Part shown: piece after piece, positions 11,836 through 27,900 of the stretch
How positions within the stretch are numbered: position 1 is the stretch's first letter
How the letters are laid out: every line of letters starts with the position of its first letter
Assembly (NCBI RefSeq): GCF_037042905.1
Contig: NC_087246.1
Location: forward strand, 4,280,001 to 4,344,000
Origin: Lytechinus pictus
Taxonomy: Eukaryota
DNA length: 64,000 bases
Reading direction: 5' to 3'
The notes under the pieces: model-generated
What the model was told of the DNA's origin: nothing
Databases searched by the model: none
What the model saw: the letters and a program-made list of their open reading frames with translations, nothing else
Translations under genes and position numbers: made by a program

Positions 11836-14800
11836 TTTAACATGTATGTTTGTACCCCGACTTCGGTTGGTGAGTGGGCACTTTCGTTCATTTGTGCATA
11901 GGTAGTTGAATATTATGACGGACAATCGTGCGTAGTATTATACATTTAAGACTTTTTAAATTCTGTTTTATATATTTCCTCTTTTTTTTTTTTTGGGGGG
12001 GGGGGGTGACTGCACTGTTCCTGTATACAACTACGATATGAGCAGAGCGGATTGTAAGACAGACGGAGTAGGATAGATGTTCTTTCGCTGCTCCCATCAT
12101 GTTTGTTTCAATCCTGAGATTCCGAGCGCGTCTTGACCGAGTTTTTACGGTCTCTCAGGAGGCATTATCACCCGCTTGTAAAAGTGTTTAAATCCACACA
12201 CATGGTCACCAATAATTCCCTCTCCATGTTTTCAACATCCTATGCTGCAGATTGTAGTCCATTTCGAAATATCCAAAATTGTCCGTGTATGGAAGATCCA
12301 TGAGCTGTATTATGTCATTATGCGATATATTTTTGCATTTTCATTCAAAAAGATCAGGGTTAATAACGTTTCTTAGTGTAGAGATAACTTGCGATGCTGA
12401 GAATAGTGTTGTGAGCAAGTAGCAACACAGTGATTGTTGAAGGCGAATAGTTTAGATTGTAAATGGTTTATCTATAATTGGAGAACGAAATTATGAAGAG
12501 ATAGTTTAGTTTGATTCTTGACCAGTCAGGTTGACAGATTATTAACCCTTTGATCTTTTGAAAAAAGAGACCTCGATGAATACAAATTTAAGCTTTTATT
12601 GTCTCTTGTATATTATAGAATATTCATCATATTATATTTTCAAATAGTTGTTGACATTATTTTTCTTAATGTTGGGAGCATCGATTAGAAATGAAAGCTG
12701 CCAGGAATTCTAAGAGTTTTCCTGAAGTATATAGGTAATATTTTTCTAGTATTGGATTATCCATACCTTGTTGGAGTATGACGCTAATGTTTCACGAGGC
12801 AAAAAATGTTTCCAAATATCTGAAGTAATACAATACTGAATATCTCTCTTTTGAAGTTAGGCGACAAGTGAAGGTATTGCGATGGAAAACTGTATTTCTT
12901 AGCCTATGAACTGATGTTGAGAATCTACTTTAATTTCATTGTGGTCATGCTACTCCAATTATGACGATAGCGGTTATCATGTAAAAATACATGGTTTGGT
13001 TGAAAGGCAAGGGTGACGAGTATGTGCCGATAAATTTTCACTTCAAAAGGGCCATGATTAATGACACTCAAAAAGTTCATAATCGTCTCCAACACATTAT
13101 GTAATAGGATATTCAAAAGCCATCTCATAGCTGGAGGTTCCCCCTTCAACTATCTTAGGGTTTGTTTGTTTTTTGGGAAAATATGTATATGCATAATCAT
13201 GATAATTATTGGGGCAGCGCCATAAAAAAAAAATGACATCTTTCGGCTAATACAAAAATAAATTATAATTAATACACAAAACGAGTCCCATATTTGGTAT
13301 TCACAATTTCGATTATATTTATGACTAAAAAAAATGCTTTTCAGAAATGTTGGGACTTAAAGACCTTCATGATGCTGATATGGTTTCCATGGAAATATGT
13401 AACCGTATAGTTAGGACTTTAGGAAATAAATCACCCTTTAAGAAAAGTTCGTTGGACTCTGTCTCTCTGTCTTTTTATAAAGTGAAGACAGTCAACGTTT
13501 TCTGAGTTTCTATCCGGTGTTAATACATGCCACAGACACACCGCACATTCTCTACAGAATCTCTAATAATATTTTTCCTCTTAGTCCCGTGCGCTCACAT
13601 TTCACGTGGGCAATATTGCCTTCTGTTCCGCTGTGCTTTGGTCCCATATATTGAATATCAGCGCGGCTGTCTCTTCGATACTCGCAAGGATGCGATAATA
13701 GTGTAACTAGAGGTATTTCCATTTCGCCCTACAAGTTAGTCTTCAATGGGAAAGTTAACTTGGTATAATATATCGCTATGGCTGTACTGATTTATTGTTG
13801 CAATCATCCCGACTGGACTCTAAATCAATGACCGATTCAGTCCCATTTAAGATTTATAAAAAAAGTGTAATGGTTTGGTTGGATGGCGATACGAAGCTAA
13901 GAAAGAAGCTTGACTGTCAGATTATCATGTGCTCATGTGTAGTGTGATATATTAGTAGGCATTGTGTTGCTACTGGGTTGATGGCTCGAGTATCTTCAAT
14001 AAAAGTTCTTCGTCAATGTCATGTTAGTTTGTTTGGTATTTTGCTAGCTTTTACTTCGAAAAAACTTCCTCTTAACACCACAGATTGTGAACTGACAGTC
14101 CATTTGTCTCTATTTAGCGTCGTTTGAATAATGGGCCTAAAACAAGTAGATAGAAATCGACAAAGTCATCCAATAAAACACATTTTTAGATTTAGCTTTC
14201 ACATCAAAATCGTTTTAGCGCAGATACATTCAGTTAATCTAGTAGTTAATTAGAATGGTGACATGCATTTGGGGAGGAAATTACCAAAACTATGTAGAGA
14301 TAACTTTATAACTATAGAAAGCTATTTACATACAATATTATTTGTGCCCACCACGTCACTTTAATCATGCTCTTACAAGGACTCACTTTTCCAAGTGTTT
14401 AAGTTGTATAGGGGTAAATTGTGAAATTATTTGGGATCCCATGCATTTTCCATGAATTCGTGATAAAGTATGGATATGAAGACTATCGAAAGCGATTTGA
14501 AGAGAATATGGTCCCTGCCTATCATGGCGTATTTACCTTGCCATCAGTCCGTGGATTACAGAGACGTGGGCATAGAAGATGCAATCCTCTACCTTCTCGG
14601 TTTCGTTGACCGAAGGTAGAGAGATGCATGGCGAAGGGACTTTACCGGGTGGGGGGGGGGGGTTAAGGGCGAACTGTATTCAAAATTAGGAAACTGGGCC
14701 CATCGATATAATATAATGTATAAAGATTTGGGGTAATTGGAACTTATAGGGATGCCCATCCCATTAATGTGATGGACATTGGAACGTTGCTGGTTCCCAA

Positions 14801-17800
14801 CAGCTCTAGTCATTGTACTGTGCGGCCTATTTGTTATTTCCACTTGCCGCCCCTCGTCTTCTTCATCGACTACAACATCTGGCTCCATCCCTACTTATTC
14901 ATCTTCATGAGCCCCCATTTCAATTGCTTTCCCTCTCTGGAACGAATGAGGGGATTAGGCAACGTGCTAGAAATATCCTTTTGATTCTCTTCCGATTGTA
15001 GCCTCTGTGGATTCTAAGGGCAACCTGAGATGAGGACCCAACTGAAAGACAACCCATGTAGGATTAGCCACCGGCCGGGTGGCAATGCCAATCGCAATTA
15101 GGCTGTCTTAAAGTCCTCATCTACCATCTTCTTCATGTCGGTTTCTCTACACCATGCATGCATTGGAGAAATCCAGATTGGAATCTCAGTTAAAGGCGAA
15201 ATTTTACAACCTTCCCACTTTAGCTGCATCGGTGTCTATGTTTGTTTTTAGATCCTTTAAAATGAGGTGAGCACTGGTAAAGACCGCTTCACGGAGAAAA
15301 TAATTTTTGTTATAAATTGCTTTATTTGCGAAGGTGTGGACATGTTCGCCTGTCTTTAATTTCATGTTTACCATGTTTAAATCTCTTTATCAGCTCTCCT
15401 ATTAAAGTTAGTTTGGGTTTGGATTTGGTTTAGTGATAGAATACTCCCCATGTTCGAGAAATATGTTATTTACGATTTTATCTTCTGGGACATCAGGGAA
15501 TGCATGCAAGCATGGGATACTGCAAAAATCGGGGTTTCTGGTGTTAATTTAGGACTTTGTCATTTTGTGTCTGATATTTCTGTCGACCAAATGTATACGA
15601 TTTCAGCACAAATCAAAGCTATTATCAGAGTTAGTACACCCAAGAAGTTACACTATCCTATCCCGAATTCATTTGCCAGAAGATGCCATTCCTGATGTCT
15701 TTGGTGTACATGCATTCTGTCTACACATACCTTCGCAGAGAAGGATCTTGATATATCCCGAGTTAATCAGTTTAATCATGATCTCTATCAGCTCAGATTA
15801 CAAGCTTCCCATCTTCAATGATGTTCAGAATTTGTCTCATGTCTGTCTCATGATTGTAAGCTGATATTCACGTCTTTATTAATGTTCTCATTTTCGTGGG
15901 AAATATTCGTTGGAAGAATCCTACACAGACGTGCTTGACTTAAACGTCTATGCTCAATCAGATTTGGAGTATTTTGTCAGCTTATTGATTCCGTTTACCA
16001 GGATCTATCGTAACTGCATTATTCATCTTATAAAGAATACAATAATGATTTATTTAGTTAATGTGTACAGAAAATCCCATAAAACAAATGATAACTTAGT
16101 TTCCCTTGTAATTTTTTATTCTTCAGAAAAACCATAATATCTAGAATGTCAATTGTGCAGATTGCATATAGGTCATAAATTTACTCCTACCCATTCGTAA
16201 TATAGGGTATTTAGGTTCCCTAATGTATCAGCTTCTATGATTTCTTTACCTTGGTACTTAAGAAGTCAAAAAGCATATAATCTTCATCGTATAACGTTAC
16301 ATTCCAAGTAATTGTCAACAAATTAGCATTGCTATGCGATGAGTAGTGCCGTTGAGTTGCCATAATGTTACATGATATGTCTTCAAATACATGGGGGTTA
16401 CTAGTCATGTCATTATGCATCAGTATGATCAATGGTGAATATGGCAGTTTATCTGACATACCGCGGGCAAAACCAATATGGATATCTTGGTTACTTTGTA
16501 GGTATATGTATAGGCCCTACTATAGGTCAAGAGAGGGGTGGAGTTGAATGAAGTGACATGAAGTGAAAAAAGGAGCTAGTTTTAAACAGATAATCTAATG
16601 ACTTTCGACGAATTTATTATTTGGGGGGCTTTGGGGAGCGCATTGTGAAAAGACTTTTTGGGGATGTTTAATTCCGACAAAATCTTGATATCTTGAAAGA
16701 AGAACCGAAGTAGTATTCCTTCTGGAAGTGGGATCAATGGGGAACCGTCATAATACGCCCGTCCCATTGGAATTGTTATGTGTTATATATCCTCCATGTA
16801 TCCTGCATTGTAAGCCTACCCATTTTTTTTAAATAAAAGGATAGAGGTGATAAACTGATGTAGATACCCTCATTGAAAAGGGTTACGCATTTATACATTG
16901 TATTTCAGTTTTTTGTATATTTCGTGGTATATTCATGAGCTTTACGATAATAGCTAGAATACATATATACAAACAAGGATGGGCTTTCTCCTCCTAACTC
17001 CCTGGGAAAATGGGTCTTGAAACGGCTCTCTATAAGGACTTATACGTTAGCTCGACGTTGTTTTGCATTGCACGAAAGCTATCAGACACCGCCATGGCAG
17101 TGCAGTCGTCAACATGTATGGTTCTGTGTAGGACGCAAAGGCCTTGACATTCAACAAGTATTAAGTTTCTAAATCTTATCTGTCCCAACCCACACCGATC
17201 ATATCACATGGGGCTGTAATGTGTCGTGATGGCCCCTTGTCTTCCCGTGTGAGTGTGGGTGTGTTTGTGAGCTCTGTGAAGTATTTATGCGACGTTAGAA
17301 ATCAATGGATGGTATTGCGTTCTCTGCGTAATGGAATTCCCTGCTTATATCAATCATACACAATAGATATAGTGCCTTTAAAGGTTGAACGCCTTCAAAT
17401 AAGTAAAACTAACAATCACTCGGCAGATAAGCGTTGTGGATGGCTATAACTAATATATATGTATATTAAAATGAATTCTGTCTGCTCTTTATTAACGGTT
17501 ACCGGGGCATATATTCGTTGTGATTTTACCTTAGTAGAAATGATTTTCAGTATTAACATGATTAAGGTTTTTTCCTATACATGAATGAATTATATATTTT
17601 TCATAGGAAACACACCTTCAGTTAATAATAATGAAAAATATTGATACAAAGTTAGAGAATATTCACTTGAAATAAATTAATGTAATGGAAAGGAAAGACA
17701 TTACAAGACTAGAAAGTGGCTGTCAGCGGCTCAATTATTATGATGTGCTTTCCAACAATTTCTAAATTATAATAATAATTGTACCACTGCTTTGGGAGAA

Positions 17801-20800
17801 TCTTGCTGTTATTATAGTAGCCACGAATTATTCATATTCGTATTAAAGCGCGTTCATTCAAAGATTCGGCTCATTTAGCTAAAGCAACGATTGGGACATG
17901 AATTTAAAGTCAGATATGTCATGTAAGGCTTGTTTTTATTTGTACAGTCATCCCTCATATCTCTAGTCTTTCTCCACCGAACCATGAAGCTATCCTACCA
18001 AGGGCTCTGTCGTCAAATCAATTCTTCATCTTCCTCTCTTTTCCTCCCCTCTATTCGTTTCCTTTGTCACCATAGCATCATTATGCCTACACCTTGTTCA
18101 TGTTGAATTTCTCAGTTGATTTACATTTTCTAGCGTCTCTTTACTCGGCGCTATTTTTTTTCATTCTATAAAAGACATATGTATGCCCCCAATGTTCCTT
18201 GATCATAAGAAAAATAATTATCATATTTCAGACCAATACTAAATAAGATATTTCCTAGTTATTAGTATCTGTTAATTAAATTTGAAAATTTAAGCGCAAC
18301 AGTGTAGGTTTATACTATTTCATAAATTTTTGACATCATTTCGATGTTTTCTTTATTATGAGGCCTATGTGATTAGTTTTTAGACACAACTGAATAATAT
18401 ATCGATAATGTAGAAACATTAAAAAGATAGAATTAAGATTTTCACGTCCGTACACGTTCAAAATCTATCACAACATTAGCTTTTCGTAGTATAAAAAGTC
18501 AAAAATATTTCTCGCTAGCTTCGCCCACTCACTGGACTCTATAAAAAAAATTCATGTTTCAAGATTATGACCTCTCACTCTTTTGACTCATTACGTTTAA
18601 TACTGTAGGTGTAACTTCTGAAATATGTGGGACTATTAACAATGCACTATACGTTAGCCTGTTCAAATTTTTGCGCAATTCGATCGAGAAAACGGATACT
18701 TAAATCTCTCTTTTGAACTATGATCCACATTTAAAAGGGAATGAAGCACAAATATATACGTCGGACCTACTTTTGGACAAATTCTTGAATATCATGGCCA
18801 TTCCATAATTTTATTCGCCCACGCGGCGGAGAGTTCTTGATCTGAAAATAATTGAGAAAATTGAAAAAAAAAAAAAACCTGAAGGGACACACACATTCTG
18901 ATAATATGCACTTTGGTGAGCTTATGTGGGCTTTGATATGAATGGTGTTGCTGTTCTTTTGGATTAAGGCGTGTATCAATCAATTGTGAATAATTACGGC
19001 CATGATACTAATCAATATGTTGTATTTTTATTGTAACCAAATGAGAGACTGCACATGACATTTGCCCTCTCAGCGTTATGCGCAATTTTTTTTAAATACT
19101 CCTTTTAGGTTTGCTTACATTTTTCACAAAACAACTAAAAAAGGAAGGATGTGCTATCAGAAATATGATCGTTGATTTGCTTTCCTTTAAATATAGTGTC
19201 AATTGATATAAATTGACTTGCAGACATACAAAACGAACTTATTATTCATATAGGCCTTTTGATGTTAACATTCTCCTCGCGAATGTACCATTTATGTTGG
19301 ATGTTGACACTTATACGACATTGTCATGAACAAAGACACTAAACACTGGCAGCAACGCACGTATGATGCCAAAATGTCGTCATAAATATCGATTGCCATG
19401 GACTCTGATTAGTACGAAGAGTGACATGAAAAGAATATGACTTGACTTATGCAATTCTAAACTTACAATTATAAAAAGGCTTATTAGAGAAAAGCCATAT
19501 GTTTGTAATCATTATATTCCCCAACCGTGTTATTTGGGAGATGGGAACTATATAGAATCCTAATAAGTACAAATATTTTTTTTAATTATTTTTTTTTACA
19601 TTGGAAGTTCAGTATATTCGATTACTTTGGATGGATATGCTATTAGAAAGAATGAAAAGTGAACTGCATGACTTGAGACTCTGACTCGGTGGTTAAAGGG
19701 ATAACGATCTTGTTTTATCATGTTTATACCAGCGTTCACCCTAATACTGACAAGTGTTTTCATGTTGTTCGGTGGGTAAAGACCTCAATCTCCCCCTTAA
19801 ATTCACCCTCTGGTATAGCACTCTTGTATTGCTCGGCAATGTTAGCAAGTTTTCTTGTAGTATGAACGTTCCCCGTTGCCTTGACCTTGATGATGTTGTC
19901 TCTTTATATTTGGAGATTGTAATACGATAGCACTGTCCTACTTTCTAGGATGAAATGTGGGCCTTACGTGCTTTCTTGCTCCATTTGATTTCTCCGCTCA
20001 TCTCATCTAATCTTGGAGAAGAAAAAAAGAGTGAAATGAAAAATGAAGAGATTATGTTGGGCGAGGGGGGGGGGGGCGTTGCAAATCCAGCATAATGTCT
20101 CCAATAACCAACGATTTTATTGTTAAGCGATCTTAAAATGGAAACTATTTACAATCATTTCTATGTAACAATTCCATGGTTTGACACAAAAGCAGTGTAC
20201 ATTGCTCATACGGACTTTGTATAGTCCCTAGCATGTGTTTTTGTGCACTGCAAACAAAGAAGACCCGAAATTGCAAAACTAATTACGTAAATTAAATCAA
20301 ACAGTCCTGAGCGTGATAGGAGGCCCGGGTTGAAGCCCTTTCTTTCTACAGAATATCCATCAGACTCCATGCACTCACTGATCCGCGGTCGGTTTGTTTC
20401 AATTTTTGATGTTTTCGTTGTCTTCTACCGCCACTGTAGGACATTGTAGTCTATTTATTTGCTCATACCTGGTGGAGAATTCGGTTAGTAACCGTAAATT
20501 GAACCGATGTTCTTCTTCTTCATGTTGATTTAGGATCAACCTGTAGAATAATTTGCGGAAATTCATTCGATATTAGGCTTTGTAGAGTGACGAAGCAGTG
20601 ATTGGTAGACTTACGGGATATTAATACTCAAATTGAAATAAGTACCAGTATAAGCATAGAGAGGATGCGGATGAAGGAAGGGGGGGGGGGGTATAATAGG
20701 GAGTGAATATGAAGAATTTCGAATTGAAAGCGTTTAAAGAGGTTAGTAGTTTAAGTGTTATAGTACTAGTAAGGATTATAATTGTAATATTAACAGAGCA

Positions 20801-23684
20801 TTCCTGAACAGAGAAAACATAAAACAGAAGAGGGGACAGGGGATCTAAATAGTAGATAAACAATGGGAACTACACATGACTAGGTCTATGACGATTACGA
20901 GTATGATGAGGTAGCTAATTAAGAAGAAGAAAAATGATGAAGAAAGCTAGGGAGGTGATGAATAAGGATCATATAGATTGATTAATTCGAGGAGATTAAT
21001 GTACATGATTAAGAATTTAGAAAATCACTTAAATTTAATAATTATGTGAAACGTGAACCCTTCCACGTAGGTTACTCCATTAAGACAGGGGGTTCATCGA
21101 TACACCGTGTGTTCTAAAAATGCTTATTGCATGATGATAACCTAGTCAAGGCAGACTCTGGCAGAGAGTTATTTCTTTGTGGGAACATCAGATGTTATGT
21201 AATATCTTATTGTTAAGTTACTATCGCGTACTTGTGCGTGCATCCAATATGTCGACATAATTATAACATCCAGAATATCCTGAAATTCATGATTGAATTT
21301 TTTTTATTCGTCTGTTGATTACTTCATTTATTGGGTCATTTATTAGTTTAATTCTAATTTATTAATCTACGTATCTTTTTATTTATTTGATAAAGGCCCT
21401 ATTTATTTCCAAAATTAGGACAAAGTATACCTATTAATTGGTTTATGTGTATTTGACGTGGTGTAGTGATGGTTTAATGTTTTTTAATCGATTTAAATTA
21501 ATGACTGATTTGCCATACATTTAAATTGGGTTCCGTTTCTGTTAGCATTTTTCACATAAGAATTACCATCAAGAAGTACACTGCAATGTATAGAATAGCA
21601 GTATACTCCAATAAAACAAGACACGTTTGTGAAGATGTATCCATCAGTTTGATGGACATTTGTGAAGCGATGCGTGGTTTGAATTCTGCCGCCACACATT
21701 TTGATTACGAGTGGGGTGACATCTGCTAAACTCCTTAGTAGATTCAGTTCATATAACTGCTGAGCACAGATTGGAGAAAACTACGATGTTTCGAGAAGAA
21801 CGGATACCTGTTTCCATGTTTTCTTCTACTTCTTTACCATTATGTAATTTTGTTTCAGACTTATAAATATTATATTTAGATTTTCATAAAGCTCTAATCC
21901 GAAAAATATTTGTTTCAGATCATTGATTTTGCGGATTATTGATCCATTATCCTAGTCGACACAGCGAATGATGTTCCAATTTCTTCACGCTTTAATTTTT
22001 TAAAATCTCCGAATCCCTTCCTTTTCCTGTAGATGAGAACATTGCCTTTTGCAATTATTTCAGTGTACGACTGTTGGTAAAACTATGTGTGGGTCTGATA
22101 TTTATTGATCGAGATGCAGATTTGATCTCAATGTCTATCGAAGTTTACTTTCAAGGCAACGTCGACCTCTGGTGTAACGCAATGTCTGACCTAGACTTGA
22201 AAATAATTTAGGCGGGAAGTGACGAGTGAGACACTGATTGGAAATCCAATCGTCTGCTTTGAGTACACGCCTCAGCTGTTCGTCCACAGGTCCCTATTTA
22301 TCTCAATTAAAAGATCATCAATCGATGCCGAAAAAGAACCAATGTATTGCTCTTGATTCCTTGGCGGAGATGGGAAAGTTTTATACTTGCATGCATATTA
22401 TTTGGATCTTTTTATTCAACTCTGCAAAGTGTACCCATTGACTGACAAATGCATGATGTTTTAAATCTTAAGTTTACGAGTAAAACGGCTGATGAAAGGC
22501 ATCTTTAATAATGAAAGTGATTCTGAAATCAAATTTTAGCAAATCAAATATTCTTCGATCTTGCTATTGTTCGAAAACTGTAAACTTTGATAACGTGATA
22601 ACCGCATAGTGCCAACTGACTAACATTCTGAATAATACCGTAATACACCCATATGAAACAGAATTACAGGTATTAAAAAACGGCACTGATTTGCTGGAAA
22701 ATTTATTTTTTTGATCATGGGGCATTTTTGAAAGTTGCCTGTTGATTTAAAGGGGTATTCCAGGATGGAAATAATATTATGCAGAAGATTAATCGGGGAT
22801 ATGGCACAATCAGCTCGCTCATACAATGTTTTAATAAATACAATGCTGTTTCACCAAAATAATGCAAAACTTAAAAATGTCATTATTCTTTTTCCGAATT
22901 TAATGAAAATTTGAGGTTTTTATTTGGGTTTTCCGTACAATCTGCATCACAAATATGCAAATAAGTTCACACCACTCGCCTTTTGTGTAGTATATTATAT
23001 TTTGCTCCCATATTTCAAAAAAAAAAAAAAAGTTTGAACCAACCTTGAAAATGTGAAAATGTATATTATTGTAATGTATGACGCTCAATTAATATCTGCT
23101 TTATTATGAAGAGAATTTTTATTATTTTGATGACTATAAACTTAAACAAAAAAGATGTGTGACCCTGAAATCAAATAGAGATTTTAGATAGTACGCTGTT
23201 GCATTATTGATTCACATGATTTACAAGAATATTCCTTGAAGCATATTAGTGCATATACATTGGCCAAGGAAAGGCTATTACCTTCCATACCCATTAATGA
23301 AGACAGTTATATTAATGACCAATGACACTTTAATTGCTTCATCAGTAAACACACAACAGGTGATCATCCGGGTACTTCATGTCTGACTATACACCTCGTT
23401 AACGCTCACGAGGAAAAAGAGGACAACATTGTATCGTTCACTCTAATAAATAAAGCTCACTTGACATAACCTGAAGCTATGTTATCCTTGGTCAGTTCTT
23501 GTCAATAGTTTTCACAAGTCATGAATGACAACAATTATCATGTATTTTTATTGGCCTAATAACTTTTTAAAATAATTTTTATCATTTTTCGCGCGCTTCG
23601 AGAATGAGCTTAAAACGCTTCACACCAGCGTGATATTTTAATACCATGTTATGTGGATGCAGTTGGTTGTAGTTACATGCGTTT

Positions 23685-24339
23685 CCGGGGAAGGGGAGCA
23701 GTCAAATGTATCGCTGTACACACGCGTGGCAAAATTATTTTCAAACACCCCCTAAACGATTTTTTCTCTGTTTGCAAAATAACCCCCTAAACACGTTTTT
23801 CGCGGGCTTTATTTACACAATTTGGCCCCTAACAGTCGTCATAAATATTCATTAGGAGGGCTGATGATGTCACATCCCCACTTGTTCTTTTGTATTTCAT
23901 TATATGAAACTAGGTTTATTCAATTTTTTTCCTCCAAGAACAAAAAAATTGGATTGACAACTGATTTAGTGCATTAGATATTTATTGCTGCTACTTATTT
24001 CATTATAAGGGAGACATATTATTCACACAAGTATGAAATAATGAAAAAATTATGATTTTATGTAATAACATAAGAAAACGGAAAGTGGAGATGTGACATC
24101 ATCAGCCTTCCTAATGAATATTCATGACGACTGTTTTCACAAAATATTGCTAAACTTAAAACTTCAATAGCTTTATTATTTCTTATCCGATTTTGATGAA
24201 ATTTTCGGCATTTTGCTCAGTGAATTCTACTCTATGTATTAAGATATAAAAATTTTCAGCCCGGACCATCTCTTTAGACGCGTTTCTTTTTGGTCACACG
24301 TGTGTACAGCAATATATTTGACTGCCCCCTCCCCCGGGG
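23685..24339. mobile_element. TIR element containing a fragment (about 23843-24276) of the 7440 family
   Basis: GGGGAGCAGTCAAATGTATCGCTGTACACACGCGTG / CACACGTGTGTACAGCAATATATTTGACTGCCCCC; direct repeat GCGTTT(CC) on both flanks. Confidence 0.75.
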
Positions 24340-24372
24340 GCGTTTCCTTGCAGAAAATTTAAATTTTCCAGA

Positions 24373-24974
24373 TTAAATGTCAAGTCCACCCCAGAAAATG
24401 TTGATTGAATCATCTTAGAAAAATCAAACAAGCATAACGCCAAGAATTTCGCCCGAATCGGATGTAAAATAAGAGAGTTTTGACGTCGTCTATTTTTCAC
24501 AAAACAGTTACGCACAACTCAGCGACATGCAAATGAACGAGTCAATGATTTCCATCACTCACTATATATTTTGTTTTTTATTGTTTGAATTATACAATAT
24601 TTCAATTTTTACAGATTTGACAATAAGGACCAACTTGATTGAACCATAAAAGGTTACATTAATAGTAATTCCACATATTCATTGGGGATAAAACTGTGTT
24701 TCATATGACAATGAGGAGAAAATTTGAATATTTCATGTTTCATAATTATAACAAAATACAAAAGAAATAATGAGTGGATGATGTCACCAGTCCCTTCATT
24801 TGAAAACCGATCAGGATGTGAATATAACTGTTTTAAGAAATTAAGCCAAACTTAAAAATATCAAAACCGTCTGATATGACATCCGTTTTTTATGAAAATT
24901 TCAGTGTTATGCTTGTTTGATTTTTCTCTTTTTATTCAAATTAACTTTTTCGTTGGGGTGGACTTGTCCTTTAA
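24373..24974. mobile_element. TTAA-flanked non-autonomous TIR element (Kolobok-like)
   Basis: TTAA-ATGTCAAGTCCACCCCA ... TGGGGTGGACTTGTCCT-TTAA. Confidence 0.8.
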
Positions 24975-27900
24975 AGACCCTTTTGCTCATCGACATCCTG
25001 GCTTCAGCTTGCAGAGTCTCGAACAAAGAGCATTACTTGTCGGAAAACTCTAAGAATGGGGTCATTAAACACCTGAATGAGACTATAGTCTTCCAGTCTG
25101 TCCCTATAATTTTTTCTTACGTGGTTATAATTGCTAAGAACCATAAAAGTATCATCACAATGAAAATGCGCACATGTTTGATGCCGTCAAGATATTGTCA
25201 CGATGTTACGTAACCAATCGGAAAGATTCGTCTCGAAATGGTAAATTAGCCGACAATTGAAGCAAGGGGTCGCAGAGAGTTAGCGAATGAATACAAACCG
25301 ATCATTAAGTTTGTCGGTTTTAGCCAATGATATAGCAAAATTAGATTAGTGTGATTAGGGTACACTGGGTATTTGCTATTATCACGATTTTTAAGAAATC
25401 CATTCATTAATCATGTTAATAGCAAGGGAAATGATGCGAAGGGAATTATTCTTGACTCTTCCATGTCCCTCCAGTCTTGATATCCAAACTATAATGAATA
25501 AAGATTAATGGTACATATTTTCACTTATCCTCATCTCATGTATCCTTTAGGGTTCGACATAATGTTTGGCGTTTTGAAATAACCATCAAACTTCAAGATA
25601 AAATTCACAAGTTGCATAAAAATTTGTTTTTAATAAAAATAATGTAATTTGTAATTATTCCTAAATTAATATTACTTTCATTTATATAAAAGTTATTATT
25701 CTTTTCTATTTCCAACAATGACAAACAATGGCAATTAAAAAAAACAGTATTCACAAGTATTCATAACTACATACAGCAAAGTTTACTTCTTGTAATCCCT
25801 TCAAGCGTATTTTGATTACTTACCTTTTCTTATATGAGACTGATAGCTCTATCCTTTGAATTTCCGAAACGGTTAAGTCGTCTCTGTCGGAAAGTGAGAT
25901 TAATTGGTTGTAATTGAATTAAGTAATTATGTGATTGTAATATACTTCAGTAATTGATTTGAGCTGACGATATTTGTCATCGAGTTAATTCAAGGAGAGG
26001 GAAGACGTTAAGTCCGTTTTGTGGTGGTGGTCATTGTATTCAAGTAACAAGAAACAGGAAAACGGCAGGACATGGATTTCGTTGGCTGTAACCTATTACT
26101 GACCTGATTGACTTTATGGCTATGATTGTTTATTTATGGTGATCAGAATGGTGTTATAATTCTGATATATTTTAGGATATGGTGATTTTTTTTATGATTG
26201 ACGTATTGAATGTAATCTAAATTGATTTCTATGACTTATCAGTATTTTTGTTATTTAAAAAAAAATTTAATGATATTTCCTGCTGCTAAAATGAGGTAGG
26301 CCTAATGAGGCATAATTAATTCATGCTTGTTTTTTTAAAGATATATATTATACTCCCTTTATAAATATAAGATGATTTACTTTCGTATTTTTCTTGGTAT
26401 ATCTATTGGTTTTAAAAATTATATAGATCAGTAGCCTATTCTGCTGGTTTTGAGATGGACAGCCTCTATCTACACATGACGCTTAAAAAATCTTTATAAT
26501 AGGATGATATACATTTACTCTTTCGCTCTTAAAACAGCAGCAACAACAACAACAACAAAATAATCAGAACAAAGCACTGCTTTTATTCTGATTGGGAAAA
26601 TAAACTAAAAAGTTGGTATAATGACGAATAATTTTTCCCCTTCAAATTCAACTGAGCGTCTTATATCCGTCGGTATATTGATATTCGAACAGGCATGTTC
26701 GTGACGTCACACACATAGGAGTGAAAATAAAATATCCATGTAAATCTTTTTTCTCATTTTGGGTTTAGACTAGGCTAGTTTAGACATTAGAAGAAATAAA
26801 ATAAAATAGTTCCCATCTTCATCAGAAGCGCATAAGGACGTTTAATATCGCAGCGATTCTTCTCCTAACCGTTTAGGGAAAGTACATGAACCCCTTGATG
26901 TCTGTCTTTGAATAGTAGTGTCACTCATTGGTAGAGTAGCCTATCCCGATGACAGGGTAGTATTATCTTCCCTGTCTGTTCTATGAATGCACTCAAATAC
27001 TCTACAAAACGTCATCATCGGGTTCTGTTATCCACTATTCAAAGCTAGCGATAATTTCCAACGCTGTTCCCCTTTCCCATTTATTTTGTTGGGTTATCCT
27101 TCTTCTAAGGAGCTTCAAACTCGGTTATTTCTTGTTTGGAGGGACGGGGTACAATACAAAACAGTACTGTATTTTTTGAGCATCAAATATTTAATGTATA
27201 TATCAGATGAAATGTCAGACAGACCAGGAAAATGATAGGTCTTTATGATTTGGTTTAATTAATTCTTTTTTTTTATAAATATTTACATTATCACTCTTTT
27301 CACCGAATCTTCTAATTCATTATTGTACTGACATGCTTCGGCGAAGCAATTAGATTCAACAGAAAACATAATTTAAGATATAAGGCTACATCCGAATAAA
27401 AAATGATATAGTTTTGCCCCAAATTAATGATGGCATGGTGATGAACAGTCCATTCGTAATAGTGATGAATGTTACTTTTTCCTCGTTTATTTTTCCATAT
27501 TTCTTAATAAAAACGATCTGTAATTGTATTTTTTTTTTCATTTATCTTTTCTTGAAGATAAATGAAAAAAATACAAATCGTTTTTATTTGAAGTACACGT
27601 TGCAATGGATACTCCCTTTAGTTCTGTATTTTCAACAATGTTGAAAATCTACAAGCCTGGAATCTTCGTATAGGCCTAAATGAAGTTCATAAATTTTCTC
27701 AAGGTGGAAATGGTTAGTGTATATATCTATATATATTTTAAAAATGATCCTTGCTAGAGCGCGCGATTCTTCTCTTTTATTGTAAAATGGTTGTTGGTCG
27801 ATTTCATGAATTGAATATCGATTAAATTAAAACTGTTCTACTTAAAACACATATAAAGTGCTCAATGTCAATATTCATTGCAAGTTTGAAAAGAAAACCT

